From: Oikopleura dioica
Taxonomy: Eukaryota; Animalia; Chordata
Assembly (NCBI GenBank): GCA_907165135.1
Contig: OU015567.1
Coordinates: 11,780,001-11,844,000, forward strand
Reading direction: 5' to 3'
DNA: 64,000 bases
Part shown: one piece after another, positions 24,211-36,908 of the stretch
Numbering within the stretch: the first letter of the stretch is position 1
Layout: every line of letters begins with the position of its first letter
Program-made: the position numbers and the translations under genes
The notes under the pieces: generated by a model
Databases searched by the model: none
What the model was told of the DNA's origin: nothing
What the model saw: only the letters and a program-made list of their open reading frames with translations

Positions 24211-26631
24211 ATGACATTGTGTAAAACCTGTGACAATACACGGAAAAAAGTTATCGAGGTAAAGAGATAAATCAAAAACTTTCCTTACATATCTGTTTTG
24301 TGAGAACACTGTATCATATTTGATGTTTTCCTCATTATAATTTGTCGTATTAGCCCGAGCATCGAATTCATGGATTAGAGAATAAGAAGCGCCCCTTGAA
24401 GACTCTCGATGAGCCCCAGACTTATGAAGCTGATGCCAACACATTTGCTCGTCACAATATTCTGTGTGAAGGAAAAGGCGTCTGGACTCTTCCTGAAGGA
24501 GTACCACAGGTATTTCGTCCTCGATTTTTCTATCGCCAAGACTTATCCAAAGACCTTGATGGAATGCTTCCAACAGGGTCTCAAAGCCGCTGGAGAAGAC
24601 GGTGTTTGCTGCGGAACCCCCAACGCTGAAGGAAAGTACGTGACTCAAACTTACGGCGAGCTGAAGACCACTGCTCAGCGACTGGGAAACGCCTTCAACA
24701 AGCTTGGGCTTATCAATGGCAAGAGCAAGATCGCTATCTTCTCTGCTAACTGTTTCGAGTACGACGCCATTATTATTGGCGGCTACTTTCAAAATCTCTG
24801 CAACGTTTCTCTCTACGATACTCTTGGAGAAGAAGCCGTCAAATTCATTCTTGAACAGGCACATTCAACTCTTTTTCAACAAAGTCATCGGCATCATTTT
24901 AGACCGAGGCCCCAATCTGCTTCATTCAAGACCAAAATAAGCTTGATTTGATTTTGAAGGTCAAGCCTGAGCACCTTAAGACCATTGTCATGCTAAGAGA
25001 GTACCAAACCGACAGCACTGAGGTAAATATTATGAGCTTCTCTGATTTCGTGAGCACTGGAGATAGCGACGATTCCAAAAATGTTCTTCCAACCTCATCC
25101 GGTAATCATTTCATGCATGCGAATATATAATTGTATTTTAGATATGGCCACAATAAACTACACTTCTGGAACAACAGGCAACCCCAAAGGTGTAATCCTT
25201 ACCCACAAGAACATCTGCACTGTCGCTATTGGTATCCTCGTCTTTTCCACTCCCGAACCCTGGGACAACACCGATATTTGGTTTTCGTATCTTCCGATGG
25301 CTCACATCTTTGAACGAGCTGTCCACTGTGTGCTCATGAGCATCGGCGCCCAGTGGTGGTTCAGCTCTGGCGATATCAAGAAACTACTGCCTGAGCTTGC
25401 CGTTGTCCGTCCAACCATTTTTGGTTCAGTTCCTCGAGTCATGAATAAAATTTTCGACAAAATCAAAGCAACCATGGCCGAGAGCAAAATCAAGGGATGG
25501 CTTCTTGATGCAGCCACTTCTTCAAAACGAGAGAGACTCGACAACGGCCAGGTCACAAATGATACGCTGTGGGACTGTCTAGTGCTCAAAAAGGTACAAA
25601 ACCTTCTCGGTGGGCGAATCCGCACTTGGGTCTCTGGCGCTGCTCCTTTGAATCCTACAGTCAGAGGTTTCATCAGAGAAATCTTCAGCTGTTACGTTAT
25701 CGAAGCCTACGGGTAGATTTCGTATACTTCGTCGATGACCTAAGCCTTCTTTAGTCAAACTGAAAATGTTGGCTGCGGAACGGCGACCTCTTTCGTCAAT
25801 TACCAGATTGAAGACGGATGCGTTGGGCCTCCCCAGCCATGGAATGAGATAAAACTTGCAGATGTTCCAGAAATGGAATATTTCGGAAAAGACGGCAAAG
25901 GAGAGGTTTGCTTCCGAGGGGACAATACCATGCAAGGTCAGCTTATTTTGCTAGCTTTTCTTTAAAAAAACCAGGATACTACAATGATCCTGAAAAGACT
26001 GCGGAAGCGATCGATGAAGACGGATGGCTACATAGTGGAGATATTGGACAGTGGATGGAAAATGGAACCATTAAAATCATTGACCGAAAGAAACATATTT
26101 ACAAAACCGCCTTGGTAGCAAACGTAACACTTTCTGAAACTTTTATCTATTATAGGGAGAATACATCGCGCCCGAAAGAATTGAAGGCATCTATTCAAAT
26201 CACCCACAAATCGCTCAGATGTTCCTTTGGGGATCTTCTCTTCAGGTAAAAATGAATCTCATCTTTCTCATTACAAAAAATAAGGCCACCAACGTTGCAA
26301 TTATCGTCCCAGAAGAGGATAAATTCATGAAAGAATATGGAAAAGGCCGAACATTCGAAGAAGCGTGTACCGATCCTGACACTATCGCTAAATTTCTCAC
26401 TGCTATTAATGAATTTGCCCGACAGGACGGAGTCAAAGGATATGAAGTCCCGAAAGCCATTTATCTTGAACACGAGCTTTTCTCGGTTAAAATCATTACC
26501 GAGAAAGAGACATTTACTTTCTTTAGATTGAAAATGAGCTGCTAACTCCTACCCAAAAAGCCAAACGACCATCAATTCAAAAGAAATACATGTCGATTAT
26601 GGAGAAACTCTATGAAGAACTGAATAACTAA
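24211..26631 (+). CDS. ACSL: Long-chain fatty acyl-CoA synthetase, tandem copy 1
   Basis: [34 protein letters not shown]|[29 protein letters not shown] and [10 protein letters not shown]. First exon MTLCKTC...VIE inferred from conservation with copy 2. Confidence 0.92.
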
Positions 26632-27977
26632 ATTAACATTTCTGGACAATAAAAATAACCTTACATACAATTAGAACAACTGAGAGTTTCAACTTGGAAC
26701 TCTTACGGGCTTAACTCAAAGGATGTTTGTTTGACGTGCTTTAAATGCTGATAAAAGAAGGTAAAATTGCTTAATTTTCTGATAAAATATTGAAGAAATA
26801 ATTATTCTATTAAAAATTTCTATCATAAAAAGTGAAAGATAATTCTTCGATGCTTCTCATCCTCGATGATAATGACGAATAAAATGGAATTTTGAATGTT
26901 TATCAGCCGTTGCTGTACCCAAAAACATTTGAATTAGCTTAAAAATAGGCTGTTCTTGCCTGCAGCATATAAAAGTCCTTTTAAAATTTAATTCTATCTG
27001 GCGTAAATTGTCATAAATCCAAAATGTTGGTCAAAACAAAGGCACTATCTTGGACGCTTTTGGCGATTTACGAGAACCCCGATCTATCGGAATGATGTAT
27101 TGTTGTGAAGAAGACGACATAAACGCCAATGTCTACCCTAAGGCCGTTTTGTGCCGATCAGCAAAACGGTCTTTGCCACACACTTTCCACGTTGAGAGAG
27201 TTTTTCGGCAAAGGTAACCGTTTTTATTCCATTACGTAGCGTTTGTTTTACAGTGGATTAGGATTTTCGGTCACTTTGGTATGGAAAAAGAGCTTTCTTT
27301 TAGCATGAAAGTAGAGTAGAAAGCAAAAAGTAGTAGCGGAATGGATGGGTTAAAAATATAACCTTGGACAACAAAGGCCAGACACTCAAAACTCCAAAAA
27401 GCATAAACAGACAAAGTCTGTTCCGAAGTGTCCTAAATCCTTTGATGTTGTGTCCGTCACGGGGTTGACGCTCACTCATCCCCTGATTTTAAACCTCCAC
27501 TGCGCTACAACTAGAAAGTAATCGAGGTCATATGATTTTACGGATTGCGAGAGCATTCAAGCGTGCTTTAGTTTTTAGGAGCCCGGAGCAAATATCAGAA
27601 ATCAGAAATTTCCGCTTTTCGCAACCGTAAACATATAAAAATCTGCAAAATTTTTCTTTTTTTTTCTTCAAGATCAAAAGTCAGAGATTTTCGTAAGAGT
27701 CGAAATAAGAAAGAATGTGCAAGAGTTGGGGCAACTCGTATCAGGTGATGATAAATATTTTTAATGCACTGTCTCCTTTTTAACCCAAATATGGAGCCAG
27801 TAAATAAACCGTTTATTTAACAATAAGATTTTCGAAAAACTAAGAGATTATACTTTTTATAAACGGAAGCAAAAACGTAAGTGGCGAATCACGTCGTAAA
27901 TATGCATTTTTTATGTTGATGAAGCCGATAATAGAGGCAGGGCGATAAGCTTCTTTTAGTTTCCTAGGGTACTAAAA

Positions 27978-30900
27978 ATGACATTGTGTAAAAATAGAAA
28001 TGTAACCGAGGTAAAGAGATGGACACAGTATTTTGAGAAAATGGCTGTTATGTAAGAAGTAATGCATATTTCTCTAGAATAGAAGATATTGTTAGTTCCA
28101 GGAACATTCGACCTTCCATAAAAAGTTGATATTTTTATCAAAAGAAAACATAATGCCCTGCTGCAGTAATGAGGTAAAATTATTTTTTAAAATTAAACAA
28201 TCAAATCTGCAGCGGAATGCGGGCAAGAGACATGCTTACGTAACTACTACGAAGAATGCTAGAGAAAAACAATGGCCCCATAAAACTCGTTAACACGGCT
28301 TAACAAAATCGTTAAAAACAAACTTTGGTAGGAAAAATGGCGTCATTTTTCATGTGAGTTAAAACTTTGGCTCACCTACCATGGAGTTGAGCTCTAAGGG
28401 GAGATTGAGAATCTGAGCTACTGAAAAATGCACTGACTTTTTCAGTAGCTCATTCTTTGCGCGCCTAATTTGGGGGAGAAGCCGCGCGAAGTCTTGTCGG
28501 CTCTCTCATTGGCTCGGACTTTCCAGATTCTGTTCTTCTGAATCTCGAAAGTCTTCTAAGCTGCCAAGCGAGCGTTAAAGAGTTTTTCTAGACTTCCCCG
28601 ACAGTGATTTGGGCGGGATACGGGGAAGGGGGCCAGGGGCTTTCTCCCAAAAGAGTTAAACTCCATGGTATTTTCACGATTGGCCTTTGTATACTTTCCT
28701 TTCTTGATTTTCAAACAATAAAGTTTTTCTGCTGAGTGAGCAGCAGCATCCAATTCAAAAGCACTGACGCACTGCGAGAATCGGTGATTTTTATCGTCGT
28801 TTATCACTTAAAAAAACTACCAGTTTTACGATTTTTCCGTATTTTTGTTTTCCAGTTAATTATTTGTCTCATAGCCCGAGAAAAGAGAGAGCGTGTATCA
28901 AATTCCCGGAATGGAGAGTAAGAACCGCCCCTTGAAGACTCTCGATGAGCCGCAGACTTATGAAGCTGATGCCAAAACATTTGCTCGTCATAATATTCTC
29001 TGCGAACAAAATGGTGTCTGGAAACTTCCTGAAGGTGTTCCACAGGTATTTCTTCCCCAAGCTTTCCTGTTCTAAAAGTATTCAAAAGACTTTGATGGAA
29101 TGCTTCCAACAGGGTCTCAAAGCTGCTGGAGAAGACGGTGTTTGCTGCGGAACTCCAAACGCTGAAGGAAAGTACGAGACTCAAACCTACGGCGAGCTGA
29201 AGACCATTGCTCAGCGACTTGGAAACGCCTTCAACAAGCTCGGACTTATCAATGGCAAGAGCAAGATCGCTATCTTCTCTGCTAACTGTTTCGAGTATGA
29301 CGCCATTATTATTGGTGGCTACTTTCAGAATCTCTGCAATGTCTCACTCTACGATACTCTTGGTGAGGAAGCCGTCAAGTTCATTCTTGAACAGGTAAAT
29401 CAAACTCTTTTTCAACAAAGACATCAGCATCTTTTTAGACCGAAGCCCCAATCTGCTTCATTCAAGACCAGAAAAAGCTCGATTTGATTTTGAAGGTCAA
29501 GCCTGAGCACCTGAAGACCATCGTTATGCTCAGAGAGTACAAAACCGACAACACCGATGTCAATATTGTCAGCTTCTCCGATTTTGTCGGCACTGGAGAT
29601 AGCGACGATTCCAAGAATGTTCTCCCTACCTCATCTGGTAATAAATTTTACCTCATCGGAATATTCAATAAAATTGATAGACATGGCCACAATTAACTAC
29701 ACTTCTGGAACAACCGGCAATCCCAAAGGTGTCGTGCTTACCCACAAGAACATCTGTACTGTCGCCAACGGCATCACCATCTTTTCCGTTCCCGAGCCTT
29801 GGAACACCAACGACGTCTGGTATTCCTACCTTCCAATGGCCCACATCTTCGAGCGAGCTGTCCACTGCGTCCTCATGAGTGTTGGTGGCCAGTGGTGGTT
29901 CAGTTCCGGGGACATCAAGAAACTCCTCGATGAGCTCGCTGTTGTCCGACCTACCATCTTCGGCTCTGTTCCTCGAGTCATGAACCGACTCTACGACAAG
30001 ATTCAGGCAACTATGGCTGAGAGCAAACTCAAGGGCTGGCTTCTTGGTGCCGCTACTGCTTCCAAGCGAGGTAGACTCGACAAGGGCCAGGTCACCAAGG
30101 ATACTCTGTGGGACAAGCTCGTCCTCAAAAAGGTCCAGAATCTTCTCGGCGGGCGAATCCACACTTGGGTCTCTGGAGCTGCTCCTTTGAATCCTAAAGT
30201 CAGAGGTTTCATCAGAGAAATCTTCAGTTGCTACGTTATTGAAGCCTACGGGTAAGTTTTCCCGAATCTTTACATTCCCTAACCCGTTTTAGTCAAACTG
30301 AAAATGTCGGCTGCGGAACCGGAACTTCCTTCGTCAATTACCAAAAAGAAGACGGATGCGTTGGACCTCCCCAGCCATGGAACGAGATCAAGCTTGCTGA
30401 TGTCCCAGATATGGAATATTTCGGAAAAGACGGCAAAGGAGAGATCTGTTTCCGAGGAGACAACGTCATGCAAGGTCAGTGATTTTTCAATTGTCCTCTT
30501 TATAAAAAAAACAAAGGGTACTACAACGATCCTGAAAAGACTGCCGAAACCATCGATGAAGACGGTTGGCTTCATACCGGAGATATCGGACAGTGGATGG
30601 AAAACGGAACTATCAAAATCATTGACCGAAAGAAACACATTTACAAAACCGCCTTGGTAAAAATTGAATCTTAAAACTTTTGTTTATTTGAGTTTTTAGG
30701 GAGAGTACATCGCCCCGGAAAAGATTGAAGGTGTTTATGGAAAACATCCACATATCGCTCAAATGTTCCTTTGGGGATCTTCTCTTCAGGTGAAATTTAA
30801 TCTCATCTTCCTCTTTATAGGAAATTTAGGCCACCAACGTCGCGATCATCGTTCCAGATGAGGAGAAATTTATGAAGGAATATGGAAAGTGCCGAACATT

Positions 30901-31178
30901 CCAAGAAGCCTGCGCCGATCCCGATACTGCCGCTAATTTCCTCAGTGCTATCAATAAATTCGCCCGCGAAGATGGAGTCAAAGGATATGAAGTCCCAAAA
31001 GCCATTTACCTCGAACACGAGCTTTTCTCTGTAAGAAGCAATCTTTGAGAGAGTGTGTAAACTCTGTGTTTAGATTGAAAATGAGCTGCTCACTCCTACC
31101 CAAAAAGCCAAACGACCAGCAATCCAAAAGAAATACATGTCGATTATGGAGAAACTCTATGAAGAACTGAATAACTAA
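27978..31178 (+). CDS. ACSL: Long-chain fatty acyl-CoA synthetase, tandem copy 2
   Basis: Same motifs and intron positions as copy 1. First exon [11 protein letters not shown]|GTAAAG is followed by a ~860-bp intron 1. Confidence 0.92.
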
Positions 31179-33199
31179 ATTAACATGTCTGAATACTCCT
31201 CTAAATAAAAATAACCTCACTTATAATTATATGCAACGCTGAGAAAAAACTTTGAGCATTTTCAAAATCGCCATTGTCAAGAATAGCGGTATGAATATAC
31301 GGAATGTCGAATTGGAACTTTTATAGGCTCTACTCAAGAGGTTTGTTTATTTGGTGGAGTTGCGACTGTGCGAGAAATAATTTTTTCATTAAAAGTTTCT
31401 ATCAACAATAGAGAGTGATCATTCTAATGCTCTAGTTTTTTCATTATAATGAATTGACAGATTCCCGCGATCATTATCCCTGAGTGATTAGGGATAAATC
31501 GGATTGGCCGATTTGGACGATTTTACTATCAAAATGATCGCCGAAACCTGGCGATTCATAATAATGAAAAAACTCAAGCATTAGAAAGAGATTACAGTGA
31601 GCTGATTTTTAGACCTACTTATGATGTCATGCTTTATGATTTGAAATGTCATGCCCTTCCAATTATAATTGGAAGGTACTGTTACAGATCGCTTGAAACT
31701 ATCTGAGAAAAGACACGCCAACTTGGGACTTTATCAGCCCCAACGTAATCAGATGACCTTTTGGTCAAAATTTCACAGCCGCTCAACGCAATTGAGAATC
31801 TCATTTAAAGAAACCGGGTTTTAGGAAAACGTTACGTGTAGTTTAAAGGGTACAATCCCTAACCAACCTTTTTGTCTAAAAAACAAGTTGTTTAACATAA
31901 TCGAATGATTGTGAATGCAAATTCTGGCCTTTGGAAAAAAAACCGCAGAAAAATAGCTACAGGATCAATTAAGCTGACTAAGGATTCCGTTTTTCGACTA
32001 GTCGTGGATAAGTTGGTCAAATAAAGATTAGTGGTTATTATTTCGTGGATCGGAGAAAGCCGCAATTCGGATCTTCTCGGTCGGGATTTTCCACTTTTGT
32101 TCGTATACTGAGTTAGTATATTTCTCCTTTTCAAGTCCCGAGCTTGACTTTCAAAATACAAATTTGGTTCTGAACTGCTCTTTTTTTTTCTTTTGAGACT
32201 TACGTTATTTCATAACACAGCTTTGAAATCTGGTTTGCATCATTTGATTCATACTTTTTCACATCAATAGGCTCCAAAAATTATCCTCTTTATAAAAAAT
32301 GGGATGAAACTTTCCATTTTGTAAGTTTCGAGCTGATTTATTTTATCACTCGGCGGAAAGGTGCGAGGCCCTTTTTCGCGAAATTGGTTTAGAACGAACA
32401 ATTGGCTGACCTCTGCGCAAGAGTCAGATACGGAGGAGGGTTTTTAAGTTTGAGATACGTTCATTTTGATCGAAACTAATTGAGAACTGGGTAACCTTGG
32501 CTCAAAGATAAAACATCTGATTTCAAAATTTTCTGAAATTTTAAGAAATTTTGGCGAATTTCTAAGCAGTTAGCTCCACCCTTGAAACACCAAAAATTAC
32601 ATGATTTTCCAAGTGCCTTCTGAAAAGTTCACTTGGCAAGTCTTGAGCCCGGTTAGTACCTGAATTTCATGCTCCGTTAAAACGATTAAGTTAGCGCTCA
32701 TGTCATTGTCGAGATTTTTACGAAAGGTTCTTTCCCAAACCACAAGGGCGTATTCATAAAGACGTGGCTCGCTGGTCGTTTCTTGACGTTTTTCGAAAAC
32801 AATTTCAAACTGAATTAACCCGCCAGCTGCGATGGTGTGGAATACGCAACTTTGAATTCATTACTATCCTTGAGGTTAAACTGAGATGGTTTTTTGACTG
32901 AGCAACCGAGGAATTTATCGTAGAAATTATGGTTGACTGAAGAATGAAAAAGAATTCTAACCAGCATGATAGATAATGTCACATAATATTGTGACCAAAT
33001 AAGTAAGCTTTTAAAGTATTTTTTGCTTCAGATTCCAGTTGCATTTCAATTTTAAATTTACAGTAAATGAGAAAATAAACAAAGTGCCATTTTCTCTTGA
33101 ATAACTATCGTTGAACGCAGATCGAATATTAGCATAAACAAATAAATCAAGCTGAATTAGCGTTTCTAAATCATTTTTTCCTCGCTTTGCGAACTGGGG

Positions 33200-34009
33200 A
33201 TGGAAAAAGCAGCACTTGTCAACGCTGTCGATTTTCGTCCGCCATGGGAAATATCATTCAGCTTATTCATCAGCTGGTCGCTGCCATTTTCAGAATGTCG
33301 GACTGACGAATTTTTCGCGAGAAGTGAAAAGGTCTCCCTGTTTTTAAAGCAAGTTCAGCGATTTTGGAAGTTGCGAGGTTTCACGGGTTCTCTATTGAAA
33401 TTCAATCTTGGAAAACCGCGACCGAACGGTTTTTGGTGCATCAGAAAAACGACTGTTTTCATTCATCGTGGGTTAAAGAAGGAAATTTTAGTTCGGAAAA
33501 AACTAATCTTGGAGCGAGCTCAATTTATCAAAATATCAACAATTTCTCTCCACATAAAATGCATGAATACGAATGAACTTGAGACCTGGGATATTCAAAA
33601 GATCTGGAAAATTGCTGAAACAGCAGTCAACTATCAGACCTTCATCAACCTGGAATACATGTATTCTTTTAAGTCATTCTTTGATTTCCCTGCTCCGATA
33701 AATATTTCGCGTCTAGAATTTGTCCCTTTCCATAGATTCAAAAAATGCATGCTATTATTAATTCTGAGAGAAGAGGATGTACCAGAAGTATCTATGGTTA
33801 GCAATAATATCCTGAACATCATATTCAGAGGAAGCTTTAAACCACAAATCGCTGAAGCCGCTCCTCGCGCGGTAAATTTGCAGACTCAGGAAAACTCAGG
33901 TGGCGCTGTTCGAGCATTTTCGTTCCCATATAAGCGCGCCGACGCAGCTAATTACCATCCAAAAATCGAAATAACTCGAGTTAAAGTAAAACAGTCAGCA
34001 GCTCAATAA
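33200..34009 (+). CDS. Intronless 269-codon orphan ORF
   Basis: An ATG-initiated 810-bp open frame in AT-rich DNA. No recognisable motif. Confidence 0.45.
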   Translation: MEKAALVNAVDFRPPWEISFSLFISWSLPFSECRTDEFFARSEKVSLFLKQVQRFWKLRGFTGSLLKFNLGKPRPNGFWCIRKTTVFIHRGLKKEILVRKKLILERAQFIKISTISLHIKCMNTNELETWDIQKIWKIAETAVNYQTFINLEYMYSFKSFFDFPAPINISRLEFVPFHRFKKCMLLLILREEDVPEVSMVSNNILNIIFRGSFKPQIAEAAPRAVNLQTQENSGGAVRAFSFPYKRADAANYHPKIEITRVKVKQSAAQ

Positions 34010-34020
34010 CAAATAAAAAA

Positions 34021-35033
34021 ATGAAGCTTTTCAACTTTTTCACCGTCGGAGCTCTTGCTAGCGAGATGACTCTCAGCCGAACCCGACGAGATGTTGCCTA
34101 CTCCTTCTCTGGAGAGGAAGCTGCTGACTTTTACTCCGACATCCTTGCTGATATCTCCGGTAAGTACTTTCTAGAGATGCAAATAGTCGAAATAAAAGAA
34201 GATCTCACAGACGCTAATTGTAATTCTTAGGAGGTAGCGTTGACGAAATCGATCAGCTCATCATGAACCTCATGGACAGCGGAGAGTTAGAAGGACTTCG
34301 AGCTATGGACGAATTCTCCATGCGAAAATTCCGACAGCTCAAGATCGTCGTCCTCTGGCTCCAGCAAGAACAACTTTTCGGACGATACTGCTACTACGGT
34401 TGCTACTGGTGAGTATTCATCGTTTTCCCTTACTTTACGATTTCCTGAAACGCTGACGTCGATCGTCTTTCCCTCTTTGGTCGAGACTTAACCGTATTTG
34501 ACTTTCCTTTTTAGTCTTCCAGAAGGCTCTCACGACATCGCTTCCGGTGGATACGGAAAGCCCCAGGATAACATCGATCGATCTTGCAAGGACTTCAAGC
34601 AGTGCTACAGATGCCTCAACGAAGAATACAGCGATGTTAGCCGAGGATGCGCCGGTGAAGAGTTCGGCTACCGATTCGACCTCATCACCAACGATGATGG
34701 CACCAAAGACGTCCAATGCACCAACAGACTCGGCTCTTGCCGACGAAGCATCTGCGAGTGTGATCTCCAGCTCGCCCGAGCTCTCTCTAAATATGAGAGT
34801 GAGTGGGACGAAAGCCTCCATTCCGTCAAGGTAAGCACATAATCAGTTGTTTCAGTTGTTAACGGATCATTCAGGGAGGTTTCGACCGAGAGGCTACCTG
34901 CGTGAAACCAATCGGTGGTGGCAACCCAATCGTCGAGTGCTGTGGTGACAAGACCACCTTCCCCTTCAACACTCCCCGACGAGCAAATCAGTGCTGCGAT
35001 GGCACAGAAGTCAAGCCAGAGGGCCAGTGTTAA
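34021..35033 (+). CDS. Secreted phospholipase A2-fold protein (probably non-catalytic), 4 exons
   Basis: Signal peptide, RTRR cleavage-like site, YGCYC|...GGYGKPQDNIDRSC...CYRC, CRRSICECDLQLA and a Cys-rich tail (CCG...NQCCDG). Confidence 0.85.
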
Positions 35034-35329
35034 ACTTTCAGTTGGTAAATTGAGAAAATTACCGACCATTCTAACAACTCTCTTATAATTTTTTAACTGA
35101 TCTACCAACTCCGTTTAACTGTATATATTTTTGACTTTCTAACCGTTCTTATTAATAAAATATCAAAAAAGAATTATCGCTCAGTCTTTCTCTATAAAAG
35201 CAAATGCTCGTAAATGATCTCCCAAAGTCTGTTGGAGTTTAACCATATTTAAAAAGATCAAGTTAGTACACTTTGAGGTATCTTTGAGATCACGAAGGGA
35301 AAATGACTCGAGAAAACATCACGAATTAA

Positions 35330-35716
35330 GGCTAGGGTGGTCGAGTAACTCGACTCGAGTTGGCCCAAAGCAGAGCTCATAAACTCTGGACTTATGAATG
35401 CTAGAATACCCAGTAATGGCTAAAAATAAAGATCTATCCTAGATCTTCTGAAATACAGAAGGTTTTTTCGTTCTGCCAAGAAAAAAATCACTTCCGGAGG
35501 CTTTAAAGTTGGCATCTCGGCCAAAATTGCGAAAATAGCCAATATTCAAGGCTCAAAAACTCCGAAATTTGGCAGAAATCTTGGCAGAACAAAAAAACCT
35601 TCTGTAATTCAGAAGATCTAGGATAGATCTTTATTTTTAGCCATTACTGGGTATTCTAGCATTCATAAGTCCAGAGTTTATGAGCTCTGCTTTGGGCAAA
35701 ATCGACCACCCTAGCC
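35330..35716. mobile_element. 387-bp foldback MITE with TTAA TSD
   Basis: TTAA|GGCTAGGGTGGTCGA ... TCGACCACCCTAGCC|TTAA, with ~120-bp near-perfect inner arms (CCCAAAGCAGAGCTCATAAAC...). Confidence 0.85.
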
Positions 35717-35964
35717 TTAAATTAAGAGTTTTATTGTTCTCAATGATTACATGAATAGAATAGATAGTCAGACTTTCTTCGTCAGTATTCTTGACTATAG
35801 GGATCTTATAAGGGAAAATTTCCCTTTTCAAAAACTATAAATAATGAGCAGTCTTCGATTTTCTTTAAAACGCGGTCGATCAAGGATCGATATAATTTGC
35901 CTCGGCGAAAAATAGAGAAAGACAAAACTACCTTTTTACTTTTTGCAAAAAGGAGGTAAAAATA

Positions 35965-36502
35965 ATGCGAAACTCAGCAAGTGTCTCGAGAAGCAACGAC
36001 TTTGAGACCAAGAGAAATGTAGAGCTATCAAAACTTCACATGATCGGCGATGTTCTCATCCATGTTTACAGAATGATAGCAGACCAGGAATACCCAGATA
36101 GATGGGCTCTGAATGCTGCTTGCTGTCAAAAGTAAGTAACATTTCAATAAAAATATGCAAGATTCCAAAATTTCTTTCAGAGCTTGGTTCAAGCTGTACC
36201 TCGAGGAAGCTGATCGATATTATCACCACCAAATGTTTTCTCCGCGTTCGATGGCAGCTATTGGATCAATTTTTGCACATTCTCTCCGTCATATGGCCAA
36301 AATACTCAATATCTACGATGAATGGACCAGGAATTCCTTGAAAAGCTCTCTTATTTATAAACTGGAGCAAGAAGAATCAGAAAATCTCCTCGACTTTTGG
36401 TGCGAGCAAGAAATGGACCCGCGAAGAAGACGAGAGCTAATTCAACAATGCGTTCTGAAAACAGAAATACCACCGGCTGCTCTTGGACACTATTACTTTT
36501 AA
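35965..36502 (+). CDS. Two-exon orphan gene (~160 aa) with a weak F-box-like N-terminus
   Basis: ATG 35965, in-frame GT-AG intron (AA|GTAAGT...TTTCAG|A), stop 36500-02. LSKLHMIGDVLIHVYRMI...CCQKAWFKL resembles F-box spacing. Confidence 0.55.
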
Positions 36503-36908
36503 AAATGTCGATGCTGAATCTTACAAATAAGCGCTTCTTTCAATCTTCGAATCTGCTGTATCTTCACTGCTCAAAACACTGACCAACTATTCTCGTCAAA
36601 TTTTAAAATTTCTACGTTTAATAAATACGTCTTCATTAATTTCCGAGTCAAGAATTCCGACATTTAAAAAGGGAAAATGTGACATTTTAAATGTCCGAGT
36701 TGTCATAACGACTGTTTCTATAGGCAAAAATTTATAAGTTCACATTAGTTACAACGGTCTGAGAAGTATCTAGTGTCTTACAAAATGCGTTATTCACAAA
36801 AAAGTTGACTGAATTCAAAGGGAAAATACGGTTCTCTATTTCAATTTGAACACCATAATAGCGTTTGAAACCGGTAGAGACGGTCATTTACCAGTAATTC
36901 TAATCTTT

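Noticed and set aside
27470-27490. ACTCATCCC resembling the start of the Oikopleura spliced-leader RNA
   Set aside because: Only 9 bp match and the rest of the leader is absent.
16207-35033. Apparent lipid-metabolism cluster (ABHD14A, ELOVL, ACSL x2, PLA2-like)
   Set aside because: The genes are on mixed strands, separated by unrelated loci, and the PLA2-like protein looks non-catalytic. There is no sequence evidence of co-regulation.
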